Positions 12,675-24,098 of a stretch of 45,013 bases of DNA are shown one piece after another. The position numbers were made by a program, and so were the translations under genes. The stretch's first letter is position 1, and the number at the start of each line of letters is the position of its first letter. Source of the stretch: Rotaria magnacalcarata (lineage: Eukaryota); NCBI GenBank assembly GCA_965140935.1, contig CBCSLL010000017.1:161104-206116 (forward strand), in the 5' to 3' direction. The notes beneath the pieces are model-generated. The model saw only the letters and a program-made list of their open reading frames with translations. It was not told where the DNA came from and ran no database searches.

Positions 12675-12694
12675 GTATGCAGATGAAATAATGA

Positions 12695-13074
<380 letters not shown>

Positions 13075-13130
13075 GTATTTTCTTTTGTCAACTTGAAAAT
13101 AATATTATTAAAGTAATTAATTTGATTTAG

Positions 13131-13300
13131 GCAAGCGACTTGAAAAGCCGGGAAAATGCCCAATGAGTATTTATGAAATCATGTATCAATGTTGGTTAGA
13201 AAATCCAAAAGAGCGATACGATTTCGCAACTATTGTTGAACTGTTAAAAAAAGAAAAAACTATTTTATCTAAACTTCCGTTTTTTGGTTCTTCAAAATAA
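13131..13300 (+). CDS. FER: Fes/Fer kinase exon 15, terminal (…CWLENPKERYDF… stop TAA 13298-13300)
   Basis: Acceptor tttgatttag| at 13129-30, frame open to TAA. The 15-exon model sums to 2382 nt, i.e. 793 aa, and phases are consistent at every junction. Confidence 0.85.
13295..13300 (+). promoter_or_regulatory. AATAAA poly(A) signal overlapping the kinase stop codon
   Basis: tcaaAATAAAtatat: the hexamer overlaps the TAA stop. This is typical of compact genomes. Confidence 0.4.
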
Positions 13301-14242
13301 ATATATATAGTTTATGTTTTAGATATGCCTTATTTATTTGTTAGTACAAAAGTTCGTCTTGAATCAGGTCCAACTGTTGTCGGTGATGAACAAACTGATC
13401 CGGAACTCATGGCATATTTAGGTGCTAAATGTTTTCACGAAAAATGTAACAATTTGTAAGTCAACATAAATATTAAGTTCAAAACAATCTAAAACAGGTG
13501 TTAATGTAAATACACTAGAAATTTGTACCCCTACAGGCTTCGACATAAATTGTCTATGTGAATGATCAGAGTCAGTATACCAATAGCGGCTCGTTAGAAT
13601 ATAGTTCCGATTTTCTTATTGCATTGCTGAAGGAATAAATAAAAGAAGAGTAAAGCAACGTGGTTCCGATATAGATAGAATAAGACAATCTGTCTATGAT
13701 TAGCCACAGAGCAGCTGCATCACGTTTCACATTTTAATGCCGCAGGGATTGTGCTCAAAGCTTTTATCATTTGATGAATAAATACAAAATGTAAATAATG
13801 TTAATTGTAATATTTCTTAAATGGATGTGCTCTCATTCTGAATAGTAATAAGTAAAACTAAATTTCTATACTTAATGTTTCTTTCAATATATCGTTGTTT
13901 TCTATGTAAGAAAAAAATCTTATTTTATGACAAACTGATTCATTTTTTGAGTAGTTTTAAACAGAAGTATTTCGCTGATATTAATCTATCGTTTTATTGT
14001 ATCGAGTAACAGAAATTTGCAAATTTTCTAAATCATAGATCTAAAAAATATCGAGTTTATTCCGTTTTACACTTTGATGATCGTATCACTTCTATCAAGT
14101 CATTCATACGAAGAATACATTGAATAGGATATTGGTGAAGATTCTATTCCGAAAAATTCTAATAATAATTATATTTGATTGAATATTCTCGTTGAAAACA
14201 ATTCTCTACTCAAAACACTATTTCAATTATTCATGATATCAA

Positions 14243-14258
14243 GGGGGGGGGGGGGGGG
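14243..14258. repeat. poly-G tract (G16) followed by CGGGC
   Basis: aagggggggggggggggggcgggctg. Confidence 0.9.
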
Positions 14259-14622
14259 CGGGCTGAAAATAGATTTCGCTTCTTAATTTCATTATTCACT
14301 GTCTATCAATCTCTCAGTATGGTTTGTCTATTTTAGTTCAGAATATCGTACCGATGATTGTGCACGGGTTGTTCTTGATAAACTTGAAAAACTTGGCTAT
14401 TGTGTTCGTTCAATGACAGGAATTGGTCAAACATGTATTTGGCTTCTACATAAAAGTTAACTGAACGTTTCTCTCTTAATCTCAAATACACATATATGTT
14501 GTCTGGTATTCATGTCAAATAAATATAGGTTTTTTTTCGAGCTTCTGTACTGTATTTGAGCGAAAAAGAAGTGAACAGAGCAAAAAAAACAAAATGAAGT
14601 TAACCAATCAACGCACAGAAAG

Positions 14623-14630
<8 letters not shown>

Positions 14631-14653
<23 letters not shown>
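14631..14653. repeat. (GA)n microsatellite
   Basis: gagagagagagagagagagagag. Confidence 0.9.
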
Positions 14654-15156
14654 CACGAGCCTAAACAAACAGTGCGCACACATACACAAATAAGTAAAAA
14701 TCAACAGACATACACAAGCAACGTCGGAAGAAAAGAAAACAAAGTAGTTCATTCACACACTTTTTTCTTTCTTTTCTCGTTCATATGTCGTTTTTTTGTT
14801 TCAAAAATAGAGAGAGAGAAAAAGAAAGCTGCGTAAAAAAATGCATTTTGTGTGCTGGATTTTCTTTTTGTTCGTTCACATATCAAAAGGAAATTGTTCT
14901 TTTTATGTCTCCTGTTAGTTAAATATGTTTTGTTTTAGTTCTCTCAGTAATTTATGTATATATATTTATATATGCGTATGTATGACTAAAGAGAAGAAAA
15001 AAAGCTATTGCATCAGTAACAGATACATGAAAGAACAAGAAAATAAATAATAGTAGACATTTCCATCACGCAAATAAAGGAATACAAATCGATAAGGAGA
15101 CGTTGGAAAGAACAAGAAACAATCGGCAAGTCTATTAATGCTGCTATTAGGAGGTT

Positions 15157-15230
15157 TTAACGGCATTCCCATACTTTAACTGATGTATCAACACTACCCG
15201 TAATCACAAAAGGTTTATTTCGATGCATAT
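15157..15230 (-). CDS. LIS1: LIS1 exon 12, terminal ([24 protein letters not shown]; stop codon at 15159-15157, minus strand)
   Basis: Ends in …VTGSVDQTVKVWECR*, as human LIS1 does. The 12 exons total 1230 nt, i.e. 409 aa (human 410), with every phase consistent. Confidence 0.9.
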
Positions 15231-15292
15231 CTAAACAACAAAAAACGCAATGTCTTAGAGCTTAGAAATCAATAGCAAAAATGTTATTTTAC

Positions 15293-15449
15293 CAAGTGAA
15301 GTGCAAAAATGAGTATGAGCTTCAATGGATTTTGTATTTCGTTTATTCTTAATATCCCATACACGTAGCGTTTTATCGTCAGAACAACTCAATAGATATT
15401 TTCCACCTGGATGAAAAATAAGACCACGAACCCAATTATCATGACCAGT
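15293..15449 (-). CDS. LIS1: LIS1 exon 11 ([37 protein letters not shown]…)
   Basis: [12 protein letters not shown]…[17 protein letters not shown] in human. Acceptor ctattag|, donor CACTTG|gtaaaa. Confidence 0.9.
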
Positions 15450-15509
15450 CTAATAGAAATGAATCAACTTATAAAACAAATATTCTATTTTGATAAATGA
15501 AATATTTAC

Positions 15510-15605
15510 TAGTATGAATAAACATAGACCATTGGTTACATCCCACATTCGGATTGTCTTATCGCGTGCACCGGATACGAGATAAGGGCCGGATCGTTTT
15601 GAAAT
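15510..15605 (-). CDS. LIS1: LIS1 exon 10 (…[26 protein letters not shown])
   Basis: [22 protein letters not shown] in human. Acceptor ttttttatcag|, donor ATACTA|gtaaat. Confidence 0.9.
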
Positions 15606-15659
15606 CTGATAAAAAAGAATAAAATATTTTCAAGAAGAAATGAATGAAAAGAAATATAC

Positions 15660-15800
15660 TTCAGATCCACCATTGGACACCGATTCATTTATATTTGGTC
15701 CGGCCGAATCTGGTGCCCATGCAATACATTCAATAACATTTTCATGGCCACGTAATTCAGTTTTACATTCACCACTTGGCAACGACCATATACGTGCAGT
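15660..15800 (-). CDS. LIS1: LIS1 exon 9 ([32 protein letters not shown]…)
   Basis: Acceptor tcttttctag|, donor TCTGAA|gtatat. Confidence 0.9.
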
Positions 15801-15855
15801 CTAGAAAAGAAATAAACTTAACATTTAATATCATGAAAATGTTCAATCAACATAC

Positions 15856-15952
15856 ATGATCGACGGAACAACTGGCTAATAATGTACCATCTTGATAAAC
15901 ACGTATCATACGCACCCACTCTCGATGACCAACAAGAGATTTCACACAGAAT
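15856..15952 (-). CDS. LIS1: LIS1 exon 8 ([33 protein letters not shown])
   Basis: [26 protein letters not shown] in human. Acceptor gaatag|, donor GATCAT|gtatgt. Confidence 0.9.
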
Positions 15953-16262
15953 CTATTCAAAAAAATAATAATAATTCGATTTTTTTTTCTAAAATATTTA
16001 TATCTATATCAATGTTAAACGTAGAAATGTGCAGGGCTAAATTTTCTCATTTGGAGCATAAAATACAATTTTTAGTCTCGTACATTCCTAGCGAAGTGAA
16101 ATCATCATTTTAAAATCACTATCTCAATTATAGATTCAAATGATAAATTTTGACATGCTTCGTTTTTTGATTTTATTTTAATTAAAACTACCTTTGACTC
16201 TCTAGGATAAATAATGTAATGTATAAACTAGAGTTATTTTATTTATTGAAAATGAAACTTAC

Positions 16263-16365
16263 GTCGTCGATACTTCCCAGATTTTAATCGTTTTATCACG
16301 ACTAGAAGATATAATATGATCACCACTTGGAGTAAATGTAACCGAAGATACATTATGATCATGAC
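16263..16365 (-). CDS. LIS1: LIS1 exon 7 ([34 protein letters not shown])
   Basis: Acceptor attttattttag|, donor ACGAC|gtaagt. Confidence 0.9.
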
Positions 16366-16418
16366 CTAAAATAAAATCAGATTCAACTATGAATTTTTAC
16401 TCATCTTTTCATGATTAC

Positions 16419-16490
16419 CATGCATGGTTTTAACGCATTGATAAGTTTGAAAGTCCCATAAACGAACACTCATATCAGCCGAACATGATA
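16419..16490 (-). CDS. LIS1: LIS1 exon 6 ([24 protein letters not shown])
   Basis: SCSADM…LWDFQ…C…TMHGHDHNV in human. Acceptor ttttctttag|, donor CATG|gtaatc. Confidence 0.9.
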
Positions 16491-16547
16491 CTAAAGAAAA
16501 AATATGAATTTTGTTTTTTTCTTCTTCTGACAATTCTATTGATTTAC

Positions 16548-16644
16548 CAAGCCATTTGCCTGTATGATCAAAAGAAACATCTTGCACCGGCGCTGTATGA
16601 CCTTTCAATGTTCGTTCATGTTCTCCCGATTCATAATCCCAAAT
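16548..16644 (-). CDS. LIS1: LIS1 exon 5 ([32 protein letters not shown])
   Basis: Acceptor cactactag|, donor CTTG|gtaaat. Confidence 0.9.
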
Positions 16645-16716
16645 CTAGTAGTGATAGAAAAAAACAACAACAACAACAAGGTGTCAACTACTATTCGTTA
16701 AATCAATAATTTATAC

Positions 16717-16923
16717 TTTAATGGTTGCATCTTCACTAGCTGATGCAAGGATGTCGAAAGTTGGATGAAAGACAACACGTGTCACTGTATCACGATGACC
16801 TTTTAACTCAAATTTTTCAGGGGGTCTAGGTATCCATTCGTTAGGTTGACGTTTTTCTCGGGTAGGTCCACCAGTTGTCGCTTCTTGTAGGGCTTCTTGT
16901 AATTTTGATTCGAGATCCATAAC
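16717..16923 (-). CDS. LIS1: LIS1 exon 4 (VMDLESKL…[25 protein letters not shown]…[10 protein letters not shown])
   Basis: WIPRPPEK…GHR..VTRV.FHP…SASEDATIK is near-identical to human. Donor ATTAAA|gtataa. Confidence 0.95.
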
Positions 16924-16995
16924 CTTGATGAATAAAAATCATTCAAGTACAATATTAATAACTGGAGAATTAGCAAGTTGACTTTTCTTTCTCAC

Positions 16996-17070
16996 TTTTT
17001 TCTGTAGTCGTATAACTGACGTCCATTTTTTTTCCAGTTGATCTTTTCGTTCGGCACTTTCATTGTTAGA
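16996..17070 (-). CDS. LIS1: LIS1 exon 3 (…LEKKWTSVIRLQKK)
   Basis: KKWTSVIRLQKK is identical to human LIS1. Acceptor ttgttttag|, donor AAAAAA|gtgaga. Confidence 0.9.
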
Positions 17071-17127
17071 CTAAAACAAGAATGAATAAATCAGTTCTTG
17101 TTTTATTCTATTAAAAATTTTTCATAC

Positions 17128-17206
17128 AATATTTGCTTCTCTGCAAAATTCTTTAAAAGATATTGTATAACCACTAGTGGATAGATAATCAGCTATGGCT
17201 TGATTA
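17128..17206 (-). CDS. LIS1: LIS1 exon 2 (LisH: NQAIADYLSTSGYTISFKEFCREANI)
   Basis: LisH motif NRAIADYLRSNGY in human. Acceptor ctactttttag|, donor AATATT|gtatga. Confidence 0.9.
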
Positions 17207-17264
17207 CTAAAAAGTAGAATTTATTTATTTATTTATTAAGTAGAAAAATAAAATAATATCTTAC

Positions 17265-17296
17265 AGTTCATTTTTTTGTTTTTCAGAAAGAACCAT
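17265..17296 (-). CDS. LIS1: LIS1 exon 1 (MVLSEKQKNEL; ATG at 17296-17294)
   Basis: MVLSEKQKNEL matches human LIS1 MVLSQRQRDEL. Donor …GAACT|gtaag. Confidence 0.85.
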
Positions 17297-18419
17297 GATG
17301 AGTGGTGACACATAGGCACTTGATATATTATATAATCGTTAAAGAATTATATTTAAGACATGACCTTAATGCTTCGATAAGATATTGTCATCATCTACAG
17401 AAGAAAAAAAAAACCGCAAATATGATGTTAGTAATATGATCGTTCAATCATTATACAATATTTTTAACTGTTTTTATTTGCATTTATTCATTTCCCCCCA
17501 TTAACTACGGCGTGTAAATAATATTTTAATTACAGCAAAAAGAAAAAAAAGAAGAGCTTTCAGTTAATTACATACAAATACAAAAGAATGAGAAAAAATT
17601 ATTGTAGATACAATCACTGTTTAATATATAGAGATTCTTAAAAAAAATACTTGTTCAAACTACAATAACATTCTGTTCGGAATAATCTGGTGGTGGTTCA
17701 TCACTTGTTGATATTGACGCCGGTAGAGCACGTTCGATGAATAACGGTTCTTCACGTCGTGACCAATCATTCATTAATCTAATTAAATAGAAATCAGCTA
17801 GATATTATTTTTCTATTTCAAATTCTTCCGGAGATTCGCCATTTTTATTGATAAACATGTGATTGGCTTATTCATTATTTCTTTGACGTCACATATTTTG
17901 TCAATAAGAAAATCTTGCCGATTTATCTACTGGAATAATCTTAGCAATTTTCAAGAAAATTATTCTTATGTTTGTCTATAATTTTGTTCCGTGAAACAAA
18001 AAAAAGTTAATCAAAATACTCGATATTCAATCTTTTCCAAAATATTACCCATCTAAGTAATATCTTCAAGCATATTTCATTGCTCAAAGAAGATTCTGTT
18101 AGATGAAAATCAAAATTTAGCAATACTAACTACAGCAAAGGATCAGCCTGGACGTATCTAATGTTTATAACATAAACCATACCGTATAGGATGGAAAGGT
18201 TTAATCATTGAGCGCAAGATCTTTTAAGTCAACTTGCCCTTTAGCATAAAAATGTAGTTAGTAGTAGTCTTAGGGAATGTATCAAACGTTCGAAATTATC
18301 TTCAGACAGTATCCTCTACTGAAAGAATGTATTTCTATCTCGCTTCAAATATCCTCGATAGATAATCCTATTGTTTTTATTTGCGTCAAAGGAATGTTGC
18401 CTTCGAATGATTAATATTT

Positions 18420-18640
18420 TCACCTTTCTAAATGTTCTTCTTCAGCTGTTGGATATCGTCTTAATAATGCAAAAGCAGTAGCTAATAATGAAAGACCACT
18501 GGACACGACAACAAGATAATAAGCGACATCAAATTGTACTTCCACTTTTTTTCCAATTTTGGAGCGAGTTTTATCTTGAATATCATAAATTATTTCCGAC
18601 GTCCAAAAACATAGACCGGTAACTACTGTACAAAGAAGAA
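18420..18640 (-). CDS. Four-TM membrane protein, exon 3, terminal (TM4; stop TGA)
   Basis: Acceptor ttcttttctag|; VLLCTVVTGLCFW…VAYYLVVVSSGLSLLATAFALL…*. Total 834 nt, i.e. 277 aa. Confidence 0.6.
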
Positions 18641-18698
18641 CTAGAAAAGAAAGCAAAAATAAAAACCATGATTTGTCAAAAATAAAAAACTATTTTAC

Positions 18699-18869
18699 CT
18701 GATAAAATATGCCAAAAAGCATGACGCCTCATAAATTTTAGTCCGAATTTCATCGGCCCAAGTGCATCTAATAAAAAACCAATCGTTGAAGATAATATCG
18801 CTAAACAAATTAATGTTATCATTAGACGAAGAATTAATATTGAACGTGTGTCAACACAACCTATTAACT
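18699..18869 (-). CDS. Four-TM membrane protein, exon 2 (TM2–TM3)
   Basis: Acceptor ttttcttatag|, donor TCAG|gtaaaa. Phases are consistent. Two hydrophobic helices (ILILRLMITLICLAILSSTIGFLL…). Confidence 0.6.
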
Positions 18870-18930
18870 CTATAAGAAAAATATGCACACACTGTCTCTT
18901 GTTTTATTTTTTATTTTTGTCAAAATTTAC

Positions 18931-19372
18931 CCATATAATCATTCGGTTTAAATTGATATATATCGTTCATAGATGCTGATGGATCCCAGGGTACGGGTGC
19001 TCGGACAACAAATAGTTTTCCAACTGCAAAAAACATGCTCAAACCAATATACTTTGAATTGCACAAGCCACCGTTTAACCAGAACCATCGATAATCAGAC
19101 AGACTGACTGCTAATGCAGCTATAGCAAACATACTGCATGACGCTGAAATATAATTTCGTTCGTATCGTTTTATTATAGATGATGCTGATGAATGAGGTC
19201 GTGTTGTTATCGGTTGAGAAACGAGATTTTGTTCTTCAACAACTGATTGTTCCGTTGAATCATCAGCAATTGTTTCATCTTCTGTATTAACAAGTGGATG
19301 AACTCGATGATCATTATTTATTGTTTGAAAACGAGAAAAAAAGCGTGAAAAAAATCGATTATCGAGTGACAT
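18931..19372 (-). CDS. Four-TM (LHFPL/PMP22-claudin-like) membrane protein, exon 1 (ATG at 19372-19370; TM1 FAIAALAVSLSDYRWFWL then extracellular loop)
   Basis: MSLDNRFFSRFF…; hydrophobic TM1 followed by SDYRWFWL and a Cys-containing loop. This resembles the LHFPL TM1–ADWL arrangement. Donor ATGG|gtaaat. Confidence 0.55.
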
Positions 19373-21894
19373 AATACGAGTTTTTTTTTTCGTAGATTTC
19401 AGTAGGTCATAGTTATAGAAATTATGATGATAAACAAGAAAGAAAATAGAAAAAAAAATAGATCTGTAATACAAAATAATAATAAAAAATAAAAATCAAG
19501 CTAAAGAAATAGAATAATTGTTTATTTCCTTAACTGACAGAATAGATCTTTGCATGTGTTAACTCCATTGCAAACTTTATTTGTGTCTTTATGTACCCTC
19601 ATTTTGATTGACTCTTTTTCTAATCAATCATTTTTATTGGCCGACCTACTGCAATATGAATGAATGAATTTCTTTGATTGCAGAAAAGAATCAACCATTC
19701 GTGTTATTGAAATGCATACATACATATATACATATATAGAGAACGAGTTCCCTTGAAAATATTCTAACTGATATGTCTAAAAGTTTTATTCCAATATCCA
19801 GTTTTGATAATTCTCGAAGTCAACAAGGAGCAGTTTTTCTACGGTGACTTTCTAAATTAATTATAGATGGCACCAGTAAGTACATCATCCAATCTAGATA
19901 TGGTTGTGATTGGAGATCCGGAAATATTTTACTCGAACAGAGTCGATCATTGAATCTCGATTGACAGAAAAATTTGAATTTCATGATTTTGTTTTAAATT
20001 TTTTCTTCGTTTTACTCCAAACTAGGAGACTTTCTTGACTAGTAAAATATAATTGAATAGTCATATTGTGTGAGATCTTGTTATTTTCCTTGGATTTTGA
20101 AAACTTTTTATAAATTTAAAGTTCTCGTTTGCTCATCAACGTGAGAAATAAAATAAAAGTGACCGGTTATCAGAGATTTTCTTATATCTTTAGAAATTAA
20201 CATTTTAATCTCAGAAACAAAGTGTATAATTACAAGATGCATAGATTCTATTTCAGATTCGTATGAAAAATACTGCTGACTCACTCATGCTTTTTGAGTG
20301 GCAATCGATACCGAAAACATTTTATCATGTGAAACTTTTTATCAAGAAAAAGAGCACGAGCAAGCGATTGCATTCGATTGTTTGCATATGTTGTCTTTTA
20401 TTAGTAAATATTCTGTAATAAAATACCCCAACGCCCTCTCCAAAAACAAACATTCTTACAAAGATGTTTTATACAAAAATATACTTCTATGATAGAATCT
20501 GTTACACTAATAGTATAGACAAACGACACGTATTACATCTACTCTGTGTCAATTTGAAAGTGAAAACAAGCAAACGCTTCTATAGGTTAACTATATCTTC
20601 ATCTACACATTGAGATGTCTTTGTCCTCTAGGCTTGTTTTAATTAACTCAATTTTTCACAAAACAAATTAATAAAAAGTAGCTTACATCTCATGTTTTCT
20701 ATCATACATTGAAAACATTAAGCACCGAACAGAAAAAGAAAGAAGGAATCGTTGAAAATACAATAAAAAATCTAATAACAAACCTTCCACAATCATATTG
20801 CATTTAAGAATCACGAAATACACCCGAAAATCATGTTAAATTGAAATGTTCTTTTTTTGGTAAGTTTTGGTAAATTCTTTCTCAAATAAACAACAGTCAA
20901 ATGACTCAGACGTGCTTCTCTTGGAAAAGAACATCTACTAAGAGCTATTGATATTCCTATTCTAAACGTCATCATCATCCTTATCATAATACATTCGCAT
21001 GATTAATAGCAAATGATCCATTATATTGATGGAAATTTCTTTTTTAACACTTAGTACACATTAGGAACTTAATTATTTAGCATTTACAATATTTCCATAC
21101 TCTTGCGTGCACGCAACAAGTACACTGTCGGTTATATTTAAAATGTGTATCTGTTACTAGCATCAGTTTGATTACAACTGTCAACAGTCGCTAATTTCGA
21201 TGTCAAAGTAATATTGTTCTAGATGAATGGAAACATCTTCCATGTCAAAGAGACGATGTATAACACAGTAACATAGATATCAATCCAATAGTTTAAGATA
21301 CCAAGTTACTTGTCATTTACTAAATAGAATATTGCAAACTAGGAACCGACTAGAACTTTAAGTATGACTGTTGTCAACACATAGAAGAAGTAGAAATTTG
21401 AAAGACGCGAATATTATTCTTCGATTACAGTCTGTGATCAGTCATGAGTACTTGTGAGAAACATTGTTTATGTTCTTATAAAGTTGTTAGAATGACAAAT
21501 ATTAATAAATACTCTACAAATTTCACGGATTTTATTATTGCTGAAAAGAAAACGAAACAGAAGCAAAACATTCTCGCTAGGAACCTATCTGTGGTGAACA
21601 AAAACATCGAACTTGGCATTAAATAAGTTAGATACGATTGTTCTTAACATCTGCGTTCAATTTTTCTTTTACTCTACCATACGCAATATAAGATCTTCCC
21701 AGATACGATTAGTATATCAAAATTCAATCACAGTGCTTCTTACTACCTCAGCGTAAGATGTAATCATTTTTATTTGAATTTATTTCACACTTGTATTGCT
21801 GTACGATCGGAAAATAGTTTCAGTATATCGCTGTTACTCATTTGGCACTATGTAGATGTTCAACTCAGTCATGTATATTTGTTGGTTATCTGAA

Positions 21895-21916
21895 TATATA
21901 TATATATATATATATA
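21895..21916. repeat. (TA)n microsatellite
   Basis: atatatatatatatatatatat. Confidence 0.9.
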
Positions 21917-22825
21917 AGTTTAACGATAATAAGGTCAGGAAGGCATTGTTAAAAAGACTTGTACAGATATTGTTTTGCTCTTAATCACTTTTGTTTCAAG
22001 ACAATCGAAATACGCTCTTGTGAAAATTCAAAGATCAAATAAGGTTTATTCTTTGCTCTCATTTTGTACGAATATCTAAAGAACAAATGCTATGTCATCG
22101 GTAGATTGTATAAAATAGAGACTAGACAAATTAGAAGAAGAAAAAAAACAAATATTGATTTAGTCAATTGATTTTATAATGATATACCCATTCGGATAAA
22201 TTTCACAAAAGTAAAAATGAACCCAGGAGCTATTTATGTAGAATAAAACAAATGCAACATAGCGGTTCAAGGCATCAACTATTGCTTGTTCTCTGCCTTG
22301 AATATCTATCCATATGAAACCTGTCATACTTTCGTATGTTATTCTTTCTTCGTGTCATTTCTTTTGGTTTCTCTTCATTTTTTCTCACCATATTTTATTT
22401 ACCACCGATGGTAAATTATGAATCTATTTCTTACCTTGTTCCTTTCTCTTTCTATGTACGATTGCATAACTAAACAGTTGTGAATACTTGCAAACATTTC
22501 CGAGTGCAATAATAAAGAGGACAAAGTCAAAAAGAAAAAAGAAAAGCTAGCCAGGTGACTTGTGCTTACTATGAACAGAAGGACGCATCAATATCAAGAT
22601 GTGCAATCAAGCTTCTTTATAATTCAAATGTCAACTATGAATGTATAACCTGCTGTAGGAGATAAAACACATCGGATAAAATGTATAAGTAATCAAGGTA
22701 AATCCATGAAAATACTTTTAACAAACGGATATGAAATTAAGAAGTTAACAAATTATATATCCATTTATTTGGATCCTATCAAATACAATATTTGACAAAA
22801 TAAAACTTGAGTTTTATTAGAACTC

Positions 22826-23396
22826 ATGGATTTCATCAATCGCTACCATAAAAAGTATCATATTGCAAAGACGAAGGATGCCAATTTTACAGATAGGCCA
22901 TCAACACGTGGATTTCGTTTTGTGGATAAGAATGGTCATATAAATGTAAGTTATTCTTCACTTGGACGTGTGAAACATATCCATTCAAATTTAGTTTTAT
23001 TTATAATGCAAGCCGACTGGTGGCTTGTATTAATATTTGTTTTACTTAGTTTTATAATAAGTTGGTTTTTCTTTGCATTACTTTATTTTCTTATTTCCAT
23101 TGAACACGGTGATTTTGTATTGAAAAACGAAGAACAGAAATTACTAGACAATCAACTGAATTCAACACGTTCATATTCAAAAATAGAACGAGAAAAATGC
23201 GTTCAAGATGTACATAATTTTTTAAGCGCACTACTTTTTTCCATTGAAACTCAACATACAATTGGTTATGGTTCGAGATATATAACAACAGAATGCATGG
23301 GTGGAATACTTATATTGACTCTTCAATCTTCACTTGGTTATTTACTACAAGTTATTGTTACACAAATTGTTTTTACTAAATTATCAAGACCGACAG
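22826..23396 (+). CDS. Inward-rectifier K+ channel (Kir), exon 1 (N-terminus, M1, pore helix with TIGYG filter, M2)
   Basis: FVDKNGHINV… (Kir N-terminal RFV.K.G.CNV); SIETQHTIGYGSRYITTEC is the K+ selectivity filter T-I-G-Y-G in its Kir context. Donor ACAG|gtaaag at 23397. Confidence 0.9.
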
Positions 23397-23479
23397 GTAA
23401 AGGTAGTTTTCGTTTTTGATCGCTGTTTTTATATTTGACAAAGATCAAAGGTTTTAAATTTTTGTGCTATTTGTTTTAG

Positions 23480-23560
23480 GAAAATCACAGTTTATTGTAT
23501 TTAGCAATTATGCGCTCATCGCACTGCGAAATAATCAATTGACTTTAACATTCCGTATAG
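23480..23560 (+). CDS. Kir channel exon 2 (GKSQFIVFSNYALIALRNNQLTLTFRI)
   Basis: Matches the Kir motif [25 protein letters not shown]. Acceptor ttgttttag| at 23478-79, donor ATAG|gtatat. Confidence 0.9.
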
Positions 23561-23613
23561 GTATATTGAATGAACTATAACAATTATAGATTTATCTTAG
23601 TTTTTCTTTCTAG

Positions 23614-24098
23614 TGAATTTGTCTACTTCTCAATTGATTTTTGCAAGTGTTCGTTTATTAATGATTCGTCAACGGCGAACACTGGAAGGTGAAATTATTC
23701 CTCATCAAATCTACGATATGGAATTAGCACATCTTTGCAATGGTCAATTATTTTTTCCTCGACCAACTATTGTTGAACATATTATTAATTCGCGTAGTCC
23801 TCTCTATGGTATACAACGATCAACATTAGAAAAAGAACATTTTGAAATAATCGCTATTATTGAAGGTTGCTTTGATCATACCGGTTTTTCATGTCATTAT
23901 CGTACATCTTATTTACCTGATGAACTCTTATGGGATTATCAATTTTCGCCTTGTAATCCAACATTGAATGGATATGATTACAAAAAATTCAATGATGTAC
24001 AATTGATAAGTTCTCATCCGGTTATGAATTATGATGACGATGAATTGAATGATGTGCGGACATCCGAGAACATCCCACAGTTCGCCACATTTATATGA
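23614..24098 (+). CDS. Kir channel exon 3, cytoplasmic C-terminal domain (stop TGA 24096-98)
   Basis: …EGEIIPHQIYDMEL…SPLYG…HFEIIAIIEG…SCHYRTSYLPDELLWDYQF parallels Kir …EGEYIPLDQ…SPLYDL…DFEIVVILEG…RSSYL..EILWG.RY. Total 1137 nt, i.e. 378 aa. Confidence 0.9.

Noticed and set aside
15892-16709. The plus-strand ORFs 15892-16113 and 16485-16709.
   Set aside because: They are antisense to LIS1 exons and introns; low-complexity (poly-Q from the CAA repeat).
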